Assembly: GCA_046155625.1 (NCBI GenBank)
Contig: JBJXFS010000024.1
Location: forward strand, 14,898-78,897
Direction of reading: 5' to 3'
Length of the DNA stretch: 64,000 bases
Source of the DNA: Verrucomicrobiales bacterium
Lineage (GTDB): Bacteria > Verrucomicrobiota > Verrucomicrobiia > Verrucomicrobiales > V1-33
Shown: one piece after another, positions 29,708 through 39,593 of the stretch
Layout of the letters: each line of letters starts with the position of its first letter
How positions within the stretch are numbered: position 1 is the stretch's first letter
Position numbers and translations under genes: made by a program
The notes under the pieces: model-generated
The model's input: only the letters and a program-made list of their open reading frames with translations
What the model was told of the DNA's origin: nothing
Databases searched by the model: none

Positions 29708-31201
29708 TTAGGCCTCCGCTCCTTCGGTGGTGATGACGACCTGGGCGTGGTCGTAATGGGCCGGACCGCTCAGCAGGGTGGCGCGCTCGCTGCGGCGGCC
29801 CAACCGCAGGGCGATGAGCACGAAGTGGAAGAAGAACACGGTATTGGCGAAGAGGATAAATGCCCAACCGAGCGTGGCCGCCATGTAGGCGCCGCTGAGC
29901 ATGTCGGACAGGGCGCCAAACCCATTGCTCCAGACATTGAGGGCGTTGGCCTGGAAGAAACCGCCGATGATGAGGAAGACGCCGATGGGCGAACCGCCGT
30001 AGACATTGGCCCAGAAATGGATCCGGATCATCTGGGGCGAGAGCCATTCGCAGCCGGTCAGGCGCGGAAGGATGAAGTAAATCGCCCCGAACATGGTCAT
30101 CGAAAAATAACTGTAGACGAGCATGAAGCGCAACCCGTCCCAAGCTGCGGTATACTGGCTGAGGCTGGGAGCGAGCGCAAAAAAGGCTGCCACCACATGA
30201 CTGGCCACGTAGAACACGGCGCCCGCAAAGACGAACCGCAGCGTCGGGCTGACTTGCACGAGCCCGTGCTGGCCGCGGGTCGTCAAAAAGTGATTGGCCG
30301 CCACGCAGATCACCGGAATCAGAAGCATGACTTGCGCCGCGCTGCTCACGGCCGGCATCCAGGTCGGCAGCGGGCCACCGATCAGCTTTTGCAGCCCGGT
30401 CCACCCGCCGAAAAGCGCCAGCGACCAGAACCCGGCGACCGCGAGGTGGTAGCTGTGCAACGGCCGGCCGACGATTTTGGGAATCAGGTAATAGGCCGTG
30501 CCCACCGCCATCGGGACGAGGAACAGGAAGAGCACGCCATTGCCATACCAGGACGCGGTCAGAGCGGCGTGCAGTCCGGACGGCGTCTGGGGAGACGCGA
30601 ACAGGTTGACCGTCAGGAAAAGCCAGGCGAACCAAAACGTCGCCCCCAGCACGTACCACTGGGTCACGTAATCCGCCCCCTTCGGCCGGGTGGCAAACAT
30701 CATGACCGGCCACACCACGATCAGCACGAAGGCCGCGAAGAGCATCAGCCATGCGGACCGGCCAAATTCAAGCAATTCGCCCGGCGATTGGGCGCCCAGC
30801 AAGATGTTTCCCACGCCGATCAGGACGCCGAGATTCCAGAAATGCCCGGCCACCACCACCGTCACCGGATTGCGCAGCGGCTGACGGCACAGGCGCGCCA
30901 TCAGCCAGAGTCCGACGGCCATCGCCGCCTGAAAACACCAGCCGTACACCAGTGAGTTGTAGGCGGCCGGTTGCAGGCGCCCCCAGTTCAGCCAGTTCAG
31001 ACAGTTGAAATCCAGAAACCCCGGGGTGTGAAGTTTGAACGAGGCGAACAACCCGAGCAGGCACGACACCAGGAGCCAGACCAACCCGCTGGTCAGCAGA
31101 AAGAGAACCGGCATCTTCGTCGAACGATCGAGCTCGGCGCGTTCGCGCACGTCCTCGGGCGTCGGCCGCTCGATCGGGGCGGTGGATGAATCTTGGGACA
31201 T
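29708..31201 (-). CDS. cbb3-type subunit I (CcoN)-like membrane protein lacking metal-ligand histidines
   Basis: Scaffold motifs WGRL, YYLIPK..GRPLHSY.L...GFWSL, GP.P.W, FGAIYFILPRL, IHFW; His motifs substituted. Confidence 0.85.
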   Translation of the reverse strand: MSQDSSTAPIERPTPEDVRERAELDRSTKMPVLFLLTSGLVWLLVSCLLGLFASFKLHTPGFLDFNCLNWLNWGRLQPAAYNSLVYGWCFQAAMAVGLWLMARLCRQPLRNPVTVVVAGHFWNLGVLIGVGNILLGAQSPGELLEFGRSAWLMLFAAFVLIVVWPVMMFATRPKGADYVTQWYVLGATFWFAWLFLTVNLFASPQTPSGLHAALTASWYGNGVLFLFLVPMAVGTAYYLIPKIVGRPLHSYHLAVAGFWSLALFGGWTGLQKLIGGPLPTWMPAVSSAAQVMLLIPVICVAANHFLTTRGQHGLVQVSPTLRFVFAGAVFYVASHVVAAFFALAPSLSQYTAAWDGLRFMLVYSYFSMTMFGAIYFILPRLTGCEWLSPQMIRIHFWANVYGGSPIGVFLIIGGFFQANALNVWSNGFGALSDMLSGAYMAATLGWAFILFANTVFFFHFVLIALRLGRRSERATLLSGPAHYDHAQVVITTEGAEA

Positions 31202-31237
31202 GGATGGTGTCGGAAGTCGGTGAGCGCCGGGCGGTGA

Positions 31238-31639
31238 TTACGGGGCAAGGAAAGCGGACTCGGTGGGGTCATGGGTCCCGGACTGCTTTTCCATGAACGT
31301 CTTGCTGCCCGGGATGAGTAATTCGGTCTTGTGAGCGGGATTCGTTTTGAGTGCGGCCAGCGCCTTCTCGATCAAGGCATCGGGAACCGTGACCCGCGTC
31401 AGGTGCCCGCCCTGCGGCCCGTGATACGTCAACCCAAAGCCGGTGACCGCCTTTTCCTCGGCCTTGCGCAGTTCGTTCAGCGTGGCCAGACGCACGGCCG
31501 CCGCGCCATCATCGAGCTCGGCGTCGGGCGCCTTGCTGGCGCGGAAGTAAAAGCCGGCGACGGCCACGAGGAGCATGACGCCGGTCGCCAGCCAAAAGGC
31601 CTTGAACCGGATCAGAGGATTTTCCAGGGATTCGTCCAT
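31238..31639 (-). CDS. Small single-TM protein downstream of actF (positionally ActG-like)
   Basis: One TM helix; overlaps the actF-proximal spacer; VTVP..LIEKA tail. Confidence 0.7.
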   Translation of the reverse strand: MDESLENPLIRFKAFWLATGVMLLVAVAGFYFRASKAPDAELDDGAAAVRLATLNELRKAEEKAVTGFGLTYHGPQGGHLTRVTVPDALIEKALAALKTNPAHKTELLIPGSKTFMEKQSGTHDPTESAFLAP

Positions 31640-31666
31640 GAAAGTGGGGTCAGGATGAGGAGTGGC

Positions 31667-33028
31667 CTAGTTGACGACGTTGATGGATTCCTGCAGGCGT
31701 GGGTCGCCGCAGGGATACAGACTGTACCGGGCGAGCGATTTGAGGAAACAGAGCGCCACCACACAACCGATGGTGATGAAGGCGGCCGCGTCGAGCAGCA
31801 CCGCCCAGACGATGGCCGGTTGGTCAGCGAGTTTCGGTCCGCGTTCGGGGATGATGAACCAATAGGCCTCGCAAATGTGGACAAAGATGATCCACAGGGC
31901 GATGGCACGAATACGTTTGAAGTTTTTCTTGGCGGCCCGCGGCAGGAGGAGGACGAACGGGATGAAGAAGTGACCGATGGTGATGAGGAACGTGCTGTAG
32001 AAGTTCCATCCATCGGTATTGCGGATGGCGTAGAACTGGGTTTCCTCGGTGATGTTGGCGTACCAGATGAGGAAATATTGGCTGAAGGCGATGTAGGCCC
32101 AGAAGATGGTGAACGCGTGCATGAGCTTGCCCATGAGATGGGTGTGCTCCGGGGTGAGGAGGCGTTTGAGATAGCCGTTTTCGTGCAAGGTGACGGCGAT
32201 CACGATGAGCAGGGCCATGGTGGCCAAGGCGGATCCGGCGAACACATTGACGCCAAACATCGTCGAGAACCACGCGTAGTTGAGCCCCTTGATCCAGTCG
32301 AAGCCGGCGAAGGTCAGGCTGACGGCGAAGAGGGGAAGAAATCCGCACGACCACTTGCGGGCCAGCAGCGTCAAGCGCACATCGCCCGTGCTGTCCTGGG
32401 AGAGGGACCAACCGCGGAGGATGAAAGCGAAGAGGCCCAGCAGGATGAAGTAGATGCCGAACCGCGGGATGAAGCCGGGCATCCAGTTGTGCCACCAGAC
32501 GCTGAGGTAGGCGAGTTTGTGGTACAGCAGGTGATTGCTGTGGTGGAGCGCCTCGGGGAGGGTGGCGGCTTTGCCTCCCTCGAGCGCGACGTGGTGATCA
32601 TGCATCCACGTCCAAAGGGTTTCGCGGATGGGCGCGAAGAGGAGCGGGAGGCCGAGCAGGAAGACGGGCAGCAATTGGACGGCCAGGGTTTCGGGCAACC
32701 GGCGAATCACCACGCCCCAGCTCGAGTTGGAGGCATTGTGGAGCAGCACCCAGAACAACCCGCCCAGCGCAAACGTGAAGAACACGTAGAACGCAAAAAG
32801 CCAGGAGTAGCTGAAGACGTCGCGCAGCGAATAGCTGATCGGCTCGCCGGTGACAAAGTCCGTGCTGCCAATCTTGATGGCACCGCCGGCCAGGAAGATC
32901 ACGGCGGATGCGAGCAACCCGATCACCGCCCCCAGTCGAAGCAGCGATATAAACTTCCCGAACTTGGAAAGATCGAGCTTTTCGCCGCCAGCGGGCAGGG
33001 TGGAAATTGAAACAAAATGATGGCTCAT
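31667..33028 (-). CDS. actF: Alternative complex III subunit F
   Basis: WGVVIRRLPE, DWIKGL...WFSTMFG, FWAYIAFSQYFLIWYANITEET. Confidence 0.93.
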   Translation of the reverse strand: MSHHFVSISTLPAGGEKLDLSKFGKFISLLRLGAVIGLLASAVIFLAGGAIKIGSTDFVTGEPISYSLRDVFSYSWLFAFYVFFTFALGGLFWVLLHNASNSSWGVVIRRLPETLAVQLLPVFLLGLPLLFAPIRETLWTWMHDHHVALEGGKAATLPEALHHSNHLLYHKLAYLSVWWHNWMPGFIPRFGIYFILLGLFAFILRGWSLSQDSTGDVRLTLLARKWSCGFLPLFAVSLTFAGFDWIKGLNYAWFSTMFGVNVFAGSALATMALLIVIAVTLHENGYLKRLLTPEHTHLMGKLMHAFTIFWAYIAFSQYFLIWYANITEETQFYAIRNTDGWNFYSTFLITIGHFFIPFVLLLPRAAKKNFKRIRAIALWIIFVHICEAYWFIIPERGPKLADQPAIVWAVLLDAAAFITIGCVVALCFLKSLARYSLYPCGDPRLQESINVVN

Positions 33029-33037
33029 GTCGGCGGG

Positions 33038-33805
33038 TTACTTCTTGTCCTCGGCGGCGGGGGCAGGCGGGGTGGTGGCCGCGGGTCCGGCGGCGGGCGC
33101 TGGTGCAACGGCGGGGGGGGTGGGAGGCGTCGCAGCGGCGGTGGCGCTGGCGGTCGCGGCTTTGGCGACGTGCAGAGTGCGGATGTACGCGATGATGGCC
33201 CAGCGATCAGCGACCGGGATCATGGCGCCGTAGGGTCCCATCTGCCCTTTGCCGTAAGTGATGGTGGCAAAGATGTTGCCGTCGCTGCGGTAGGTGGGGT
33301 CCTTTTTGTCGGTAAATGGCGGCAGGTGGAAATTCCCGGTGGCCATGGGAACACCGTACTTCGACGTGATGCCGTCCCCGGCGCCAGTGTGTCCATGACA
33401 CACGGCGCAATAAATCCCGTAGCGTTCGGCCCCGCGGCGAATAAGCGCCGGATCCAGAGTCACTTCAGCGGGCATGCCGTCGCCCCAATAGTCGCCGAAG
33501 CGGCCGGTGTGGAAGTAATCGGTACCGACGGAAAAGCTGAGGCCGCCGGCGCCAGGCGCTGCCGTCGACGATTGAGTGGCGACGGCCAAGCCCATGGGCA
33601 CGGTGCCGGCCACCGGCTTTTGCGCGCCTTTTCCGTTGGCGAAGAACGTGCTTTCGGCTTGGAACTTGACCTTGGCCTGATCGTCCATGTCGGGGAAGAC
33701 GTAGAGCGGCGGCTTGGTCGTGGTATCGCCACGGAAGCCGGCCCACCCGACCACCAGCAGGACGAGCAGCAGGACACTGAGAAAGAAGGATCGAAGAACG
33801 GGCAT
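33038..33805 (-). CDS. actE: Alternative complex III monoheme cytochrome c subunit E
   Basis: FPDMDDQAK, YCAVCHG, G.G.MGPY, DRWAIIAYIRTL. Confidence 0.92.
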   Translation of the reverse strand: MPVLRSFFLSVLLLVLLVVGWAGFRGDTTTKPPLYVFPDMDDQAKVKFQAESTFFANGKGAQKPVAGTVPMGLAVATQSSTAAPGAGGLSFSVGTDYFHTGRFGDYWGDGMPAEVTLDPALIRRGAERYGIYCAVCHGHTGAGDGITSKYGVPMATGNFHLPPFTDKKDPTYRSDGNIFATITYGKGQMGPYGAMIPVADRWAIIAYIRTLHVAKAATASATAAATPPTPPAVAPAPAAGPAATTPPAPAAEDKK

Positions 33806-33853
33806 GGGCTTCGGTGGCGTCGGTTCCGTAGGAGAAAGTGGCGGTAGTGGGGA

Positions 33854-34414
33854 TCAGGCGAGTTCGTCCTCGATCAACTCGATGTTGCGGCCGCCGATTT
33901 CCTCGAGGAAGGCGCGGGTCTTTTCGGGGTGAAACTGGGGGTCCTTCTGCTCGATGCAGATGAAAAAGCCATCGTCGGTGGCGCGCTTGAAATTTTCCGA
34001 ATTGAAGAGCGGATGGTGAAGGCGCGGGAGTTTGTTCAGCGCGATGCACCCACAGATCGAGGTCAGCGCCGAGAGAAGAACGGTGAGCTCGAAGGTGACC
34101 GGGAAATACGCCGGAATCGTGAAGAGGTTCGTCGGTTTCCCCTGGACGACGGTCGGATAGAGGCCGACTTGAGTGCCGAATTGGAGAAGGACGGCGGTCA
34201 AGGCGCCGGTGCAACCGCCAATGAGGACAAAGAGCGAGAGGATTGACTTTTTGACGCCCATGGCGTCGTCCATCCCGTGAATGGGAAAGGGTGAATGGGT
34301 GTCCCAGAACCGGAAGCCGGCGTCCCGGCACTTTTCGGCGGCATGGAATAAATCGGCCACGCTGCCGAATTCGGCGAGGTAACCGTGGGTGCGTTTGAGC
34401 GGAGCGTCGGCCAT
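33854..34414 (-). CDS. actD: Alternative complex III subunit D (DUF3341)
   Basis: LAEF, HSPFPIHGMDDAMG, GKP, PVTFELTVL; start at MADAPLKR. Confidence 0.92.
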   Translation of the reverse strand: MADAPLKRTHGYLAEFGSVADLFHAAEKCRDAGFRFWDTHSPFPIHGMDDAMGVKKSILSLFVLIGGCTGALTAVLLQFGTQVGLYPTVVQGKPTNLFTIPAYFPVTFELTVLLSALTSICGCIALNKLPRLHHPLFNSENFKRATDDGFFICIEQKDPQFHPEKTRAFLEEIGGRNIELIEDELA

Positions 34415-34421
34415 GGCGGGA

Positions 34422-35939
34422 TCAGGCGGCAATCGGATGGGTCGGGGAGGAGGCGGGCGCGGGTTCGTGGCCGGCGGGCCGCGGCTCGCCCCGCACTTCC
34501 TGTTCGGTGATGGCGCGCGGGTCGCGGCCCCGGCCATGCGGATCGGATTGGGGCAGGACGCCCTTGACTTCGGCGATCGCGATGACCGGCAGGAAGCGGA
34601 CAAAGAGGAGGAAGTTCATCAGGAAGAACCCGAAGCTCCCGGCGAAGGTCCAGATGTCGACCCAGGTCGGATGGAACATGTCCCAAGCGCCCGGCACGAA
34701 GTCGCGGGCGAGCGTGGTGACGATGATGACGAATCGTTCGAACCACATGCCGGCGTTGACGAAGTTGCAGACCAGAAAAACCACGAACCAGTTCTGGCGC
34801 ATGCTCTTGAACCAGAAGATCTGCGGTGACACCACGTTGCAGAACATCATGGCCACATAGGCCCAGACGTAAGGACCGTCCTTGATCCGGAGCATGAACG
34901 CGTCGAGCTCAAATTTGTTGCCGCCGTACCACGCGATGAAGAGTTCACTCAGGTAGGCGTAGCCGACGATCGTTCCGGTGAGCAGGATGATCTTCGCCAT
35001 GTTGTCAATGTGCTTCCACGTGAGCAGGTCCTGGAGTCCGTAGATCTCGCGGACCGGAAGCATGAGCGTGAGCACCATCGCGAATCCGCCGAAGATGGCG
35101 CCGGCGACAAAGTAGGGCGGACAGATGGTGGCGTGCCAGCCGGGGACGATCGAAGTGGCGAAGTCGAATGACACGATGGTGTGAACCGAAAGCACGAGCG
35201 GGGTCGAGAGGGCGGCCAGAATGAGGTAGGCCATCTCGTAGTGGTTCCACTGGCGGTTGCCGCCGCGCCACCCGAGGGCGAAGAGGCCGTAGAAGGCTTT
35301 TTTAATTCCCGGTTTGCAGCGATCGCGCAGGGTGGCGAGGTCGGGGATGAGTCCGAGGTACCAGAAGAGCACGGAGACCGTGAAGTAGGTAGAGACGGCA
35401 AAGACGTCCCAGAGCAGGGGCGACTTGAAGTTTTGCCAGATGGCATTGCTGTTCGGGACGGGCGCGAGAAACCACGCCATCCACACGCGGCCGACGTGGA
35501 GTGCCGGATAGAGACCGGCGCACATGACGGCGAAGATGGTCATGGCTTCGGCAGCGCGGGCCACCGAGGTGCGCCATCGCTGGCGAGTGAGGAAAAGAAT
35601 GGCTGAGATGAGGGTGCCCGCGTGACCGATACCGATCCAGAAGACGAAGTTCGTGATGTCCCAGCCCCAGGCGACCGGGTGATTCTGTCCCCAGACGCCG
35701 ACGCCGGTGGCGATGAGGTACCCGAAGAGGTAGACCATCGTGAGGAACAGGAGGACGGCCGGGATAAAAATCGCCCACCAGATTTTCGGCTGCGGTTTCT
35801 CGACGATGCCGCAGATGCGATCGGTGATCCAGGAGTACGACCGGTTGTGCAGGACCAGCGGTTCCCGCAGCAGAACCTGAGCCGGCGAACCGGATCCGTA
35901 GAGCGGCGGGTGGGATTCCTCGTGGTGAGTGGCGGCCAT
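34422..35939 (-). CDS. actC: Alternative complex III quinol-binding subunit C (NrfD family)
   Basis: [46 protein letters not shown]. Confidence 0.96.
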   Translation of the reverse strand: MAATHHEESHPPLYGSGSPAQVLLREPLVLHNRSYSWITDRICGIVEKPQPKIWWAIFIPAVLLFLTMVYLFGYLIATGVGVWGQNHPVAWGWDITNFVFWIGIGHAGTLISAILFLTRQRWRTSVARAAEAMTIFAVMCAGLYPALHVGRVWMAWFLAPVPNSNAIWQNFKSPLLWDVFAVSTYFTVSVLFWYLGLIPDLATLRDRCKPGIKKAFYGLFALGWRGGNRQWNHYEMAYLILAALSTPLVLSVHTIVSFDFATSIVPGWHATICPPYFVAGAIFGGFAMVLTLMLPVREIYGLQDLLTWKHIDNMAKIILLTGTIVGYAYLSELFIAWYGGNKFELDAFMLRIKDGPYVWAYVAMMFCNVVSPQIFWFKSMRQNWFVVFLVCNFVNAGMWFERFVIIVTTLARDFVPGAWDMFHPTWVDIWTFAGSFGFFLMNFLLFVRFLPVIAIAEVKGVLPQSDPHGRGRDPRAITEQEVRGEPRPAGHEPAPASSPTHPIAA

Positions 35940-35981
35940 GATGCGTGGAAAGTCGGAAAGATGGAAAAAGTCGGGCGGAAC

Positions 35982-38900
35982 TTACATGTGCGCGGACGCC
36001 TGGCCGACTTTGCGTTTTTCGATTGGGCTGGCCGCGAGCAGCGCGGGATTGGGATTTTTGATGCGGGCGAGGTAGCTGGTGCGCGGCCTGGCACCGATGT
36101 AGCGGAGCGTGGAGTAGGCGCGCGGGTGGGCGGGGACGCCGTGCTCTTCGCCGACGATGTCCGTGTTTCCACGGAGTTTGGAAACCGAGCTGGCGTTGTC
36201 GCGCAGGTTGCCGAAGACGATGGCATCGGCCGGGCAAGCCGCCTGGCACGCGGTTATCACCTTGTCGGTCGGAGTGCGCAGTTCCTCGTCGGTCAGCGTC
36301 AGGTTTTCATCGGCGATGCCGGTGGCCGTGGCCTTGCGGCGGGCCATGGTCTTTTGGTCGATCTTGGCGGCCTGAATACGCTGGATGCAGTATGTGCATT
36401 TCTCAATGACGCCGCGCATGCGGACAGTGACGTTGGGATTGCGCTGGAGGCGCAGACTCGCGTCGTCCTTCAACTCACCGAAGGGCCCGAGGTAATAGTT
36501 GTTCGAGTGAAGGCCGAGGATCGAATCTTCGCGTTTGATGTCGGCGCGTTTGTTGTAGTCGAAATAATTGAATCGGCGGGCTTTCCACGGGCAGTTGTTG
36601 GCGCAGTACCGGGTGCCGATGCACCGGTTGTAGACCATGAGGTTGAGGCCGTCCTCACTATGGATGGTGGCATTCACCGGGCAGACGGTTTCGCAGGGAG
36701 CGGCCTCGCAATGCTGACAGGCGACCGGTTGGACGAGCATCTCGGGGTCATCGAGCTCGCGAACCGGAGGGGCATGGCCATGACCGGCATTCTCATCGGC
36801 GCCGCCCGCCACCGGGCCGGCGGTGGTGGTACTTTCCCATTCTTTGCGCGGGGGCAATTTGCCACCCTCGACATCGACGGCGAAGTACCGGTCCATGCGG
36901 ATCCAGTTCATGTCGCGGCCGATGATGACCTGACGTTTGCCGACGGTCGGGATGTTGTTTTCCGACTGGCAGGCGAGCGAGCAGCTGTTGCACCCGATGC
37001 AGGCGTTGAGGTCGATGACCATGCCCCACTGGTGCTGGGTATCCCAGAGGTGAGGGGTGGTGGCGAAGAGGCCGCCGGTATTGCCGAACTGGCCTTGGCG
37101 ACCCTGATTTTTGTAGAAGGTGAAATCCGGAGGGATATGGCTGTCCATCCCCTCGGTGGTGGCAAAGCTGGGATCGTCCTTGAACCGATCGGCGGTGCCT
37201 TCACGAATGAGCTCGCGCCCGTACATCGTGTGGTGTTCCTGGGTGGTCGCCAGTGGGACCGTGTCGCCGGTCACGGTGACTTTGGCGCCCGCCAGCCAAT
37301 AGGTGGAGGAGCTGTCGCGCAGTGGATAGGCGTTGACGCCAGTCCCCTCGCCCACGCGCCCGGGACCGGCGGCTCCCTTGCCCTCCTGGCCGTAGCCGAG
37401 GGCCAAGGTGATCGCGTTGTCAGCGTGGCCCGGCGCCATGACGACCGGCACGACAAGGGAACGGCCGGCGACCTCGATGGTGATCGTTTGGGCCTTGTCG
37501 CGGAGGTATTTGTCCAGGCCGAGGGCCGAGGCGGTGCGCACGCTGACGAGGGCGGCGTTATCCCAGGTGACCTTGGAAATGCTGTCGGGCATTTCCTGCA
37601 GCCAGGCATTATTAATGTATCGGCCGTCCCAGAGTTTTCCGTCAGGAACCAGGGTGAGTTCAAAGGCCTCCTGGCTCGGGGGCGCGATGTCTTTGTAGCC
37701 GGCAAGCAGCGCGGTCACGGCGGAGCCCTGCGGCGCCCCGGTGAAGGCGGGCCATGAGGTGCCGGCGAGCAATCCATCGCGCAAGGCGGTGCTCCAGGCC
37801 GTTTCCATGTCGCCCTGGGCCAGACCGGCGAATGTTTCCCGGACGGCAAGGTAACCGGGATCTTTTGATTCCTCGGGTGGCAAGCCGTTGATGGGCGCGG
37901 CGGGCGGGGGCGGCTCGACCTTGACCGCGACGGGCGTGTCGCTCGCGAGCAGAGTCAGGAATTCAAGATCCGAAACCCCGCCGAAAAGCGGCAGGATCAT
38001 CGGCTGAACGATCGAATAAACCCCGCTCAGTGCGCGGACGTCACCCCACTGCTCCAAATAATGCGTGCCGGGCACCGACCATGTGGCGGCCCGGGCCGTG
38101 GCAGTCCGGTCGCGAAATCCGACGTGGATGACGGTGGGAATGGACTTTTGCAGCGCGGCCCAATTCAGCGAGGCGGGCGCGTCGTAGCACGGGTCCGCGG
38201 TGGAAACGATGGCCAAGGTGGTCACGACCTTGGAGGCGACGGCTTCGGCCAATTCTCCCAGCGTGCCGGCGGGGAGCGACTGGGTCTGCTTGAGCTCGAT
38301 CGGTGGGACCGGCTTTCCGGGAGCTGGGGCGAAAGCGCCGAGGGCCGTGTTGATGGCGGCGACGAGGGCGTGCACTTCGGCCGGTTGCTGCGGACCGGCC
38401 AGGACCATGGCGCGTCCACCCTTGCTGGCCGCGAGATCTTTCGCGGTCTCGGTGATAAAAGTATCGGCGTCCTCGCGCGGCTGAAAATCACCCACCAGCG
38501 ACACACGGGCCGCCGCAGCCTCCAGCGCGGTGTCTCCGGTCGCCTTGGCCAGCGCCTTGGCCAGCGCAACCGCCGTTTTCATGATCTGGCTGGCGTGGAC
38601 ACGCAGGCGATGGTCCGCCATGCCGCCGGTCAGCGTGTACTGGCTTTCAAAAACGTACAGGCGGTTCATCGGGTCGCCCGGCTTCATCGCCCGACGTCCG
38701 CTCATGAAACGCGACACACTGCTCGCCTTCGGCCGGTGCAGGTCGAGGAAATCACAGTCGAGCGACACTATTTTGTCGCACACGCTGAAATGCGGAACCT
38801 GGACAACGCCGGGACCAAACACCTTGGCCGTCGCGGTGCGCGCGCCGTCAAAGTCCAGCGCCTCATACCGATAGACCTTCGCCTGCGGAAACATCGCCGT

Positions 38901-39530
38901 GACCTTGGCCAACAGTCGATCGCGCGTCGGCGAGACCACCGCGTCGACCAGCAGGGCCAGCCCCTTCCCGCCTTCCGCGGTCAGCGACGCCTTGTGGGCA
39001 TCAAGGAATCCGAGAAATTCATCCCGCGTCGACCGCTTGCCCTGGTGCTTGAAATCGCGCGCCCGGTCCGGGTCGTACAAATCGAGCACCGAGGCTTGGG
39101 CAAATCCATCCACGGAGCCATTGCTCTCAGGATGCAGGCTGTTGCCCTGAATGTGCGTCGGCCGCCCTTCATACGTCGTCACCACCACCGGCGTGCACCC
39201 GCCAGCCCGCGGCATCGCCGAGGCGTAAAACAACGCTTTGCCCGGAATCACCCACTCGACGTTCTTCGAGTACGGCAAGATCCGCGCCTCCGGCCGCCGA
39301 CACGCCGCCAGCCCAAAGCCGGCCATCGTCGTCGCCGCCCCCATCAGCTTCATGAAATCGCGCCGCGACTGACCCGCGTCCGCCTCGTCGGCCATCATCG
39401 CCGCACCTTGCGGAAACTCCCGCGCTATCCAGTCCCGAAACTCGGGCGTGTCGTCCAACTCCCCCAGGCTCCGGAAGTACTTCCGGTTGCTGGGTTTCTC
39501 GGCGGGGTGGTCCCAAACGCGTTTGCTCAT
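35982..39530 (-). CDS. actB: Alternative complex III subunit B (molybdopterin-oxidoreductase-like + Fe-S domain)
   Basis: Tat motif SRRDFMKLMG; NNAWLQEMPD; Fe-S motifs CIGCNSCSLAC, CQHCEAAPCETVC, CIGTRYCANNCP, CTYC...CQAACP. Confidence 0.96.
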   Translation of the reverse strand: MSKRVWDHPAEKPSNRKYFRSLGELDDTPEFRDWIAREFPQGAAMMADEADAGQSRRDFMKLMGAATTMAGFGLAACRRPEARILPYSKNVEWVIPGKALFYASAMPRAGGCTPVVVTTYEGRPTHIQGNSLHPESNGSVDGFAQASVLDLYDPDRARDFKHQGKRSTRDEFLGFLDAHKASLTAEGGKGLALLVDAVVSPTRDRLLAKVTAMFPQAKVYRYEALDFDGARTATAKVFGPGVVQVPHFSVCDKIVSLDCDFLDLHRPKASSVSRFMSGRRAMKPGDPMNRLYVFESQYTLTGGMADHRLRVHASQIMKTAVALAKALAKATGDTALEAAAARVSLVGDFQPREDADTFITETAKDLAASKGGRAMVLAGPQQPAEVHALVAAINTALGAFAPAPGKPVPPIELKQTQSLPAGTLGELAEAVASKVVTTLAIVSTADPCYDAPASLNWAALQKSIPTVIHVGFRDRTATARAATWSVPGTHYLEQWGDVRALSGVYSIVQPMILPLFGGVSDLEFLTLLASDTPVAVKVEPPPPAAPINGLPPEESKDPGYLAVRETFAGLAQGDMETAWSTALRDGLLAGTSWPAFTGAPQGSAVTALLAGYKDIAPPSQEAFELTLVPDGKLWDGRYINNAWLQEMPDSISKVTWDNAALVSVRTASALGLDKYLRDKAQTITIEVAGRSLVVPVVMAPGHADNAITLALGYGQEGKGAAGPGRVGEGTGVNAYPLRDSSSTYWLAGAKVTVTGDTVPLATTQEHHTMYGRELIREGTADRFKDDPSFATTEGMDSHIPPDFTFYKNQGRQGQFGNTGGLFATTPHLWDTQHQWGMVIDLNACIGCNSCSLACQSENNIPTVGKRQVIIGRDMNWIRMDRYFAVDVEGGKLPPRKEWESTTTAGPVAGGADENAGHGHAPPVRELDDPEMLVQPVACQHCEAAPCETVCPVNATIHSEDGLNLMVYNRCIGTRYCANNCPWKARRFNYFDYNKRADIKREDSILGLHSNNYYLGPFGELKDDASLRLQRNPNVTVRMRGVIEKCTYCIQRIQAAKIDQKTMARRKATATGIADENLTLTDEELRTPTDKVITACQAACPADAIVFGNLRDNASSVSKLRGNTDIVGEEHGVPAHPRAYSTLRYIGARPRTSYLARIKNPNPALLAASPIEKRKVGQASAHM

Positions 39531-39593
39531 CTAATGAGGGAAAAAATAAAGTGAATATGTACGTCAGCAGATCAAGCGGCCCACTCCGGGCCA

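Noticed and set aside
28916-31201. Functional cbb3-type oxidase
   Set aside because: The CcoN homolog lacks all heme/CuB histidines and no ccoP or ccoGHIS genes are present.
35982-39530. Catalytic molybdoenzyme
   Set aside because: Context and motifs identify it as ActB, whose molybdopterin-like domain is known to lack the cofactor.
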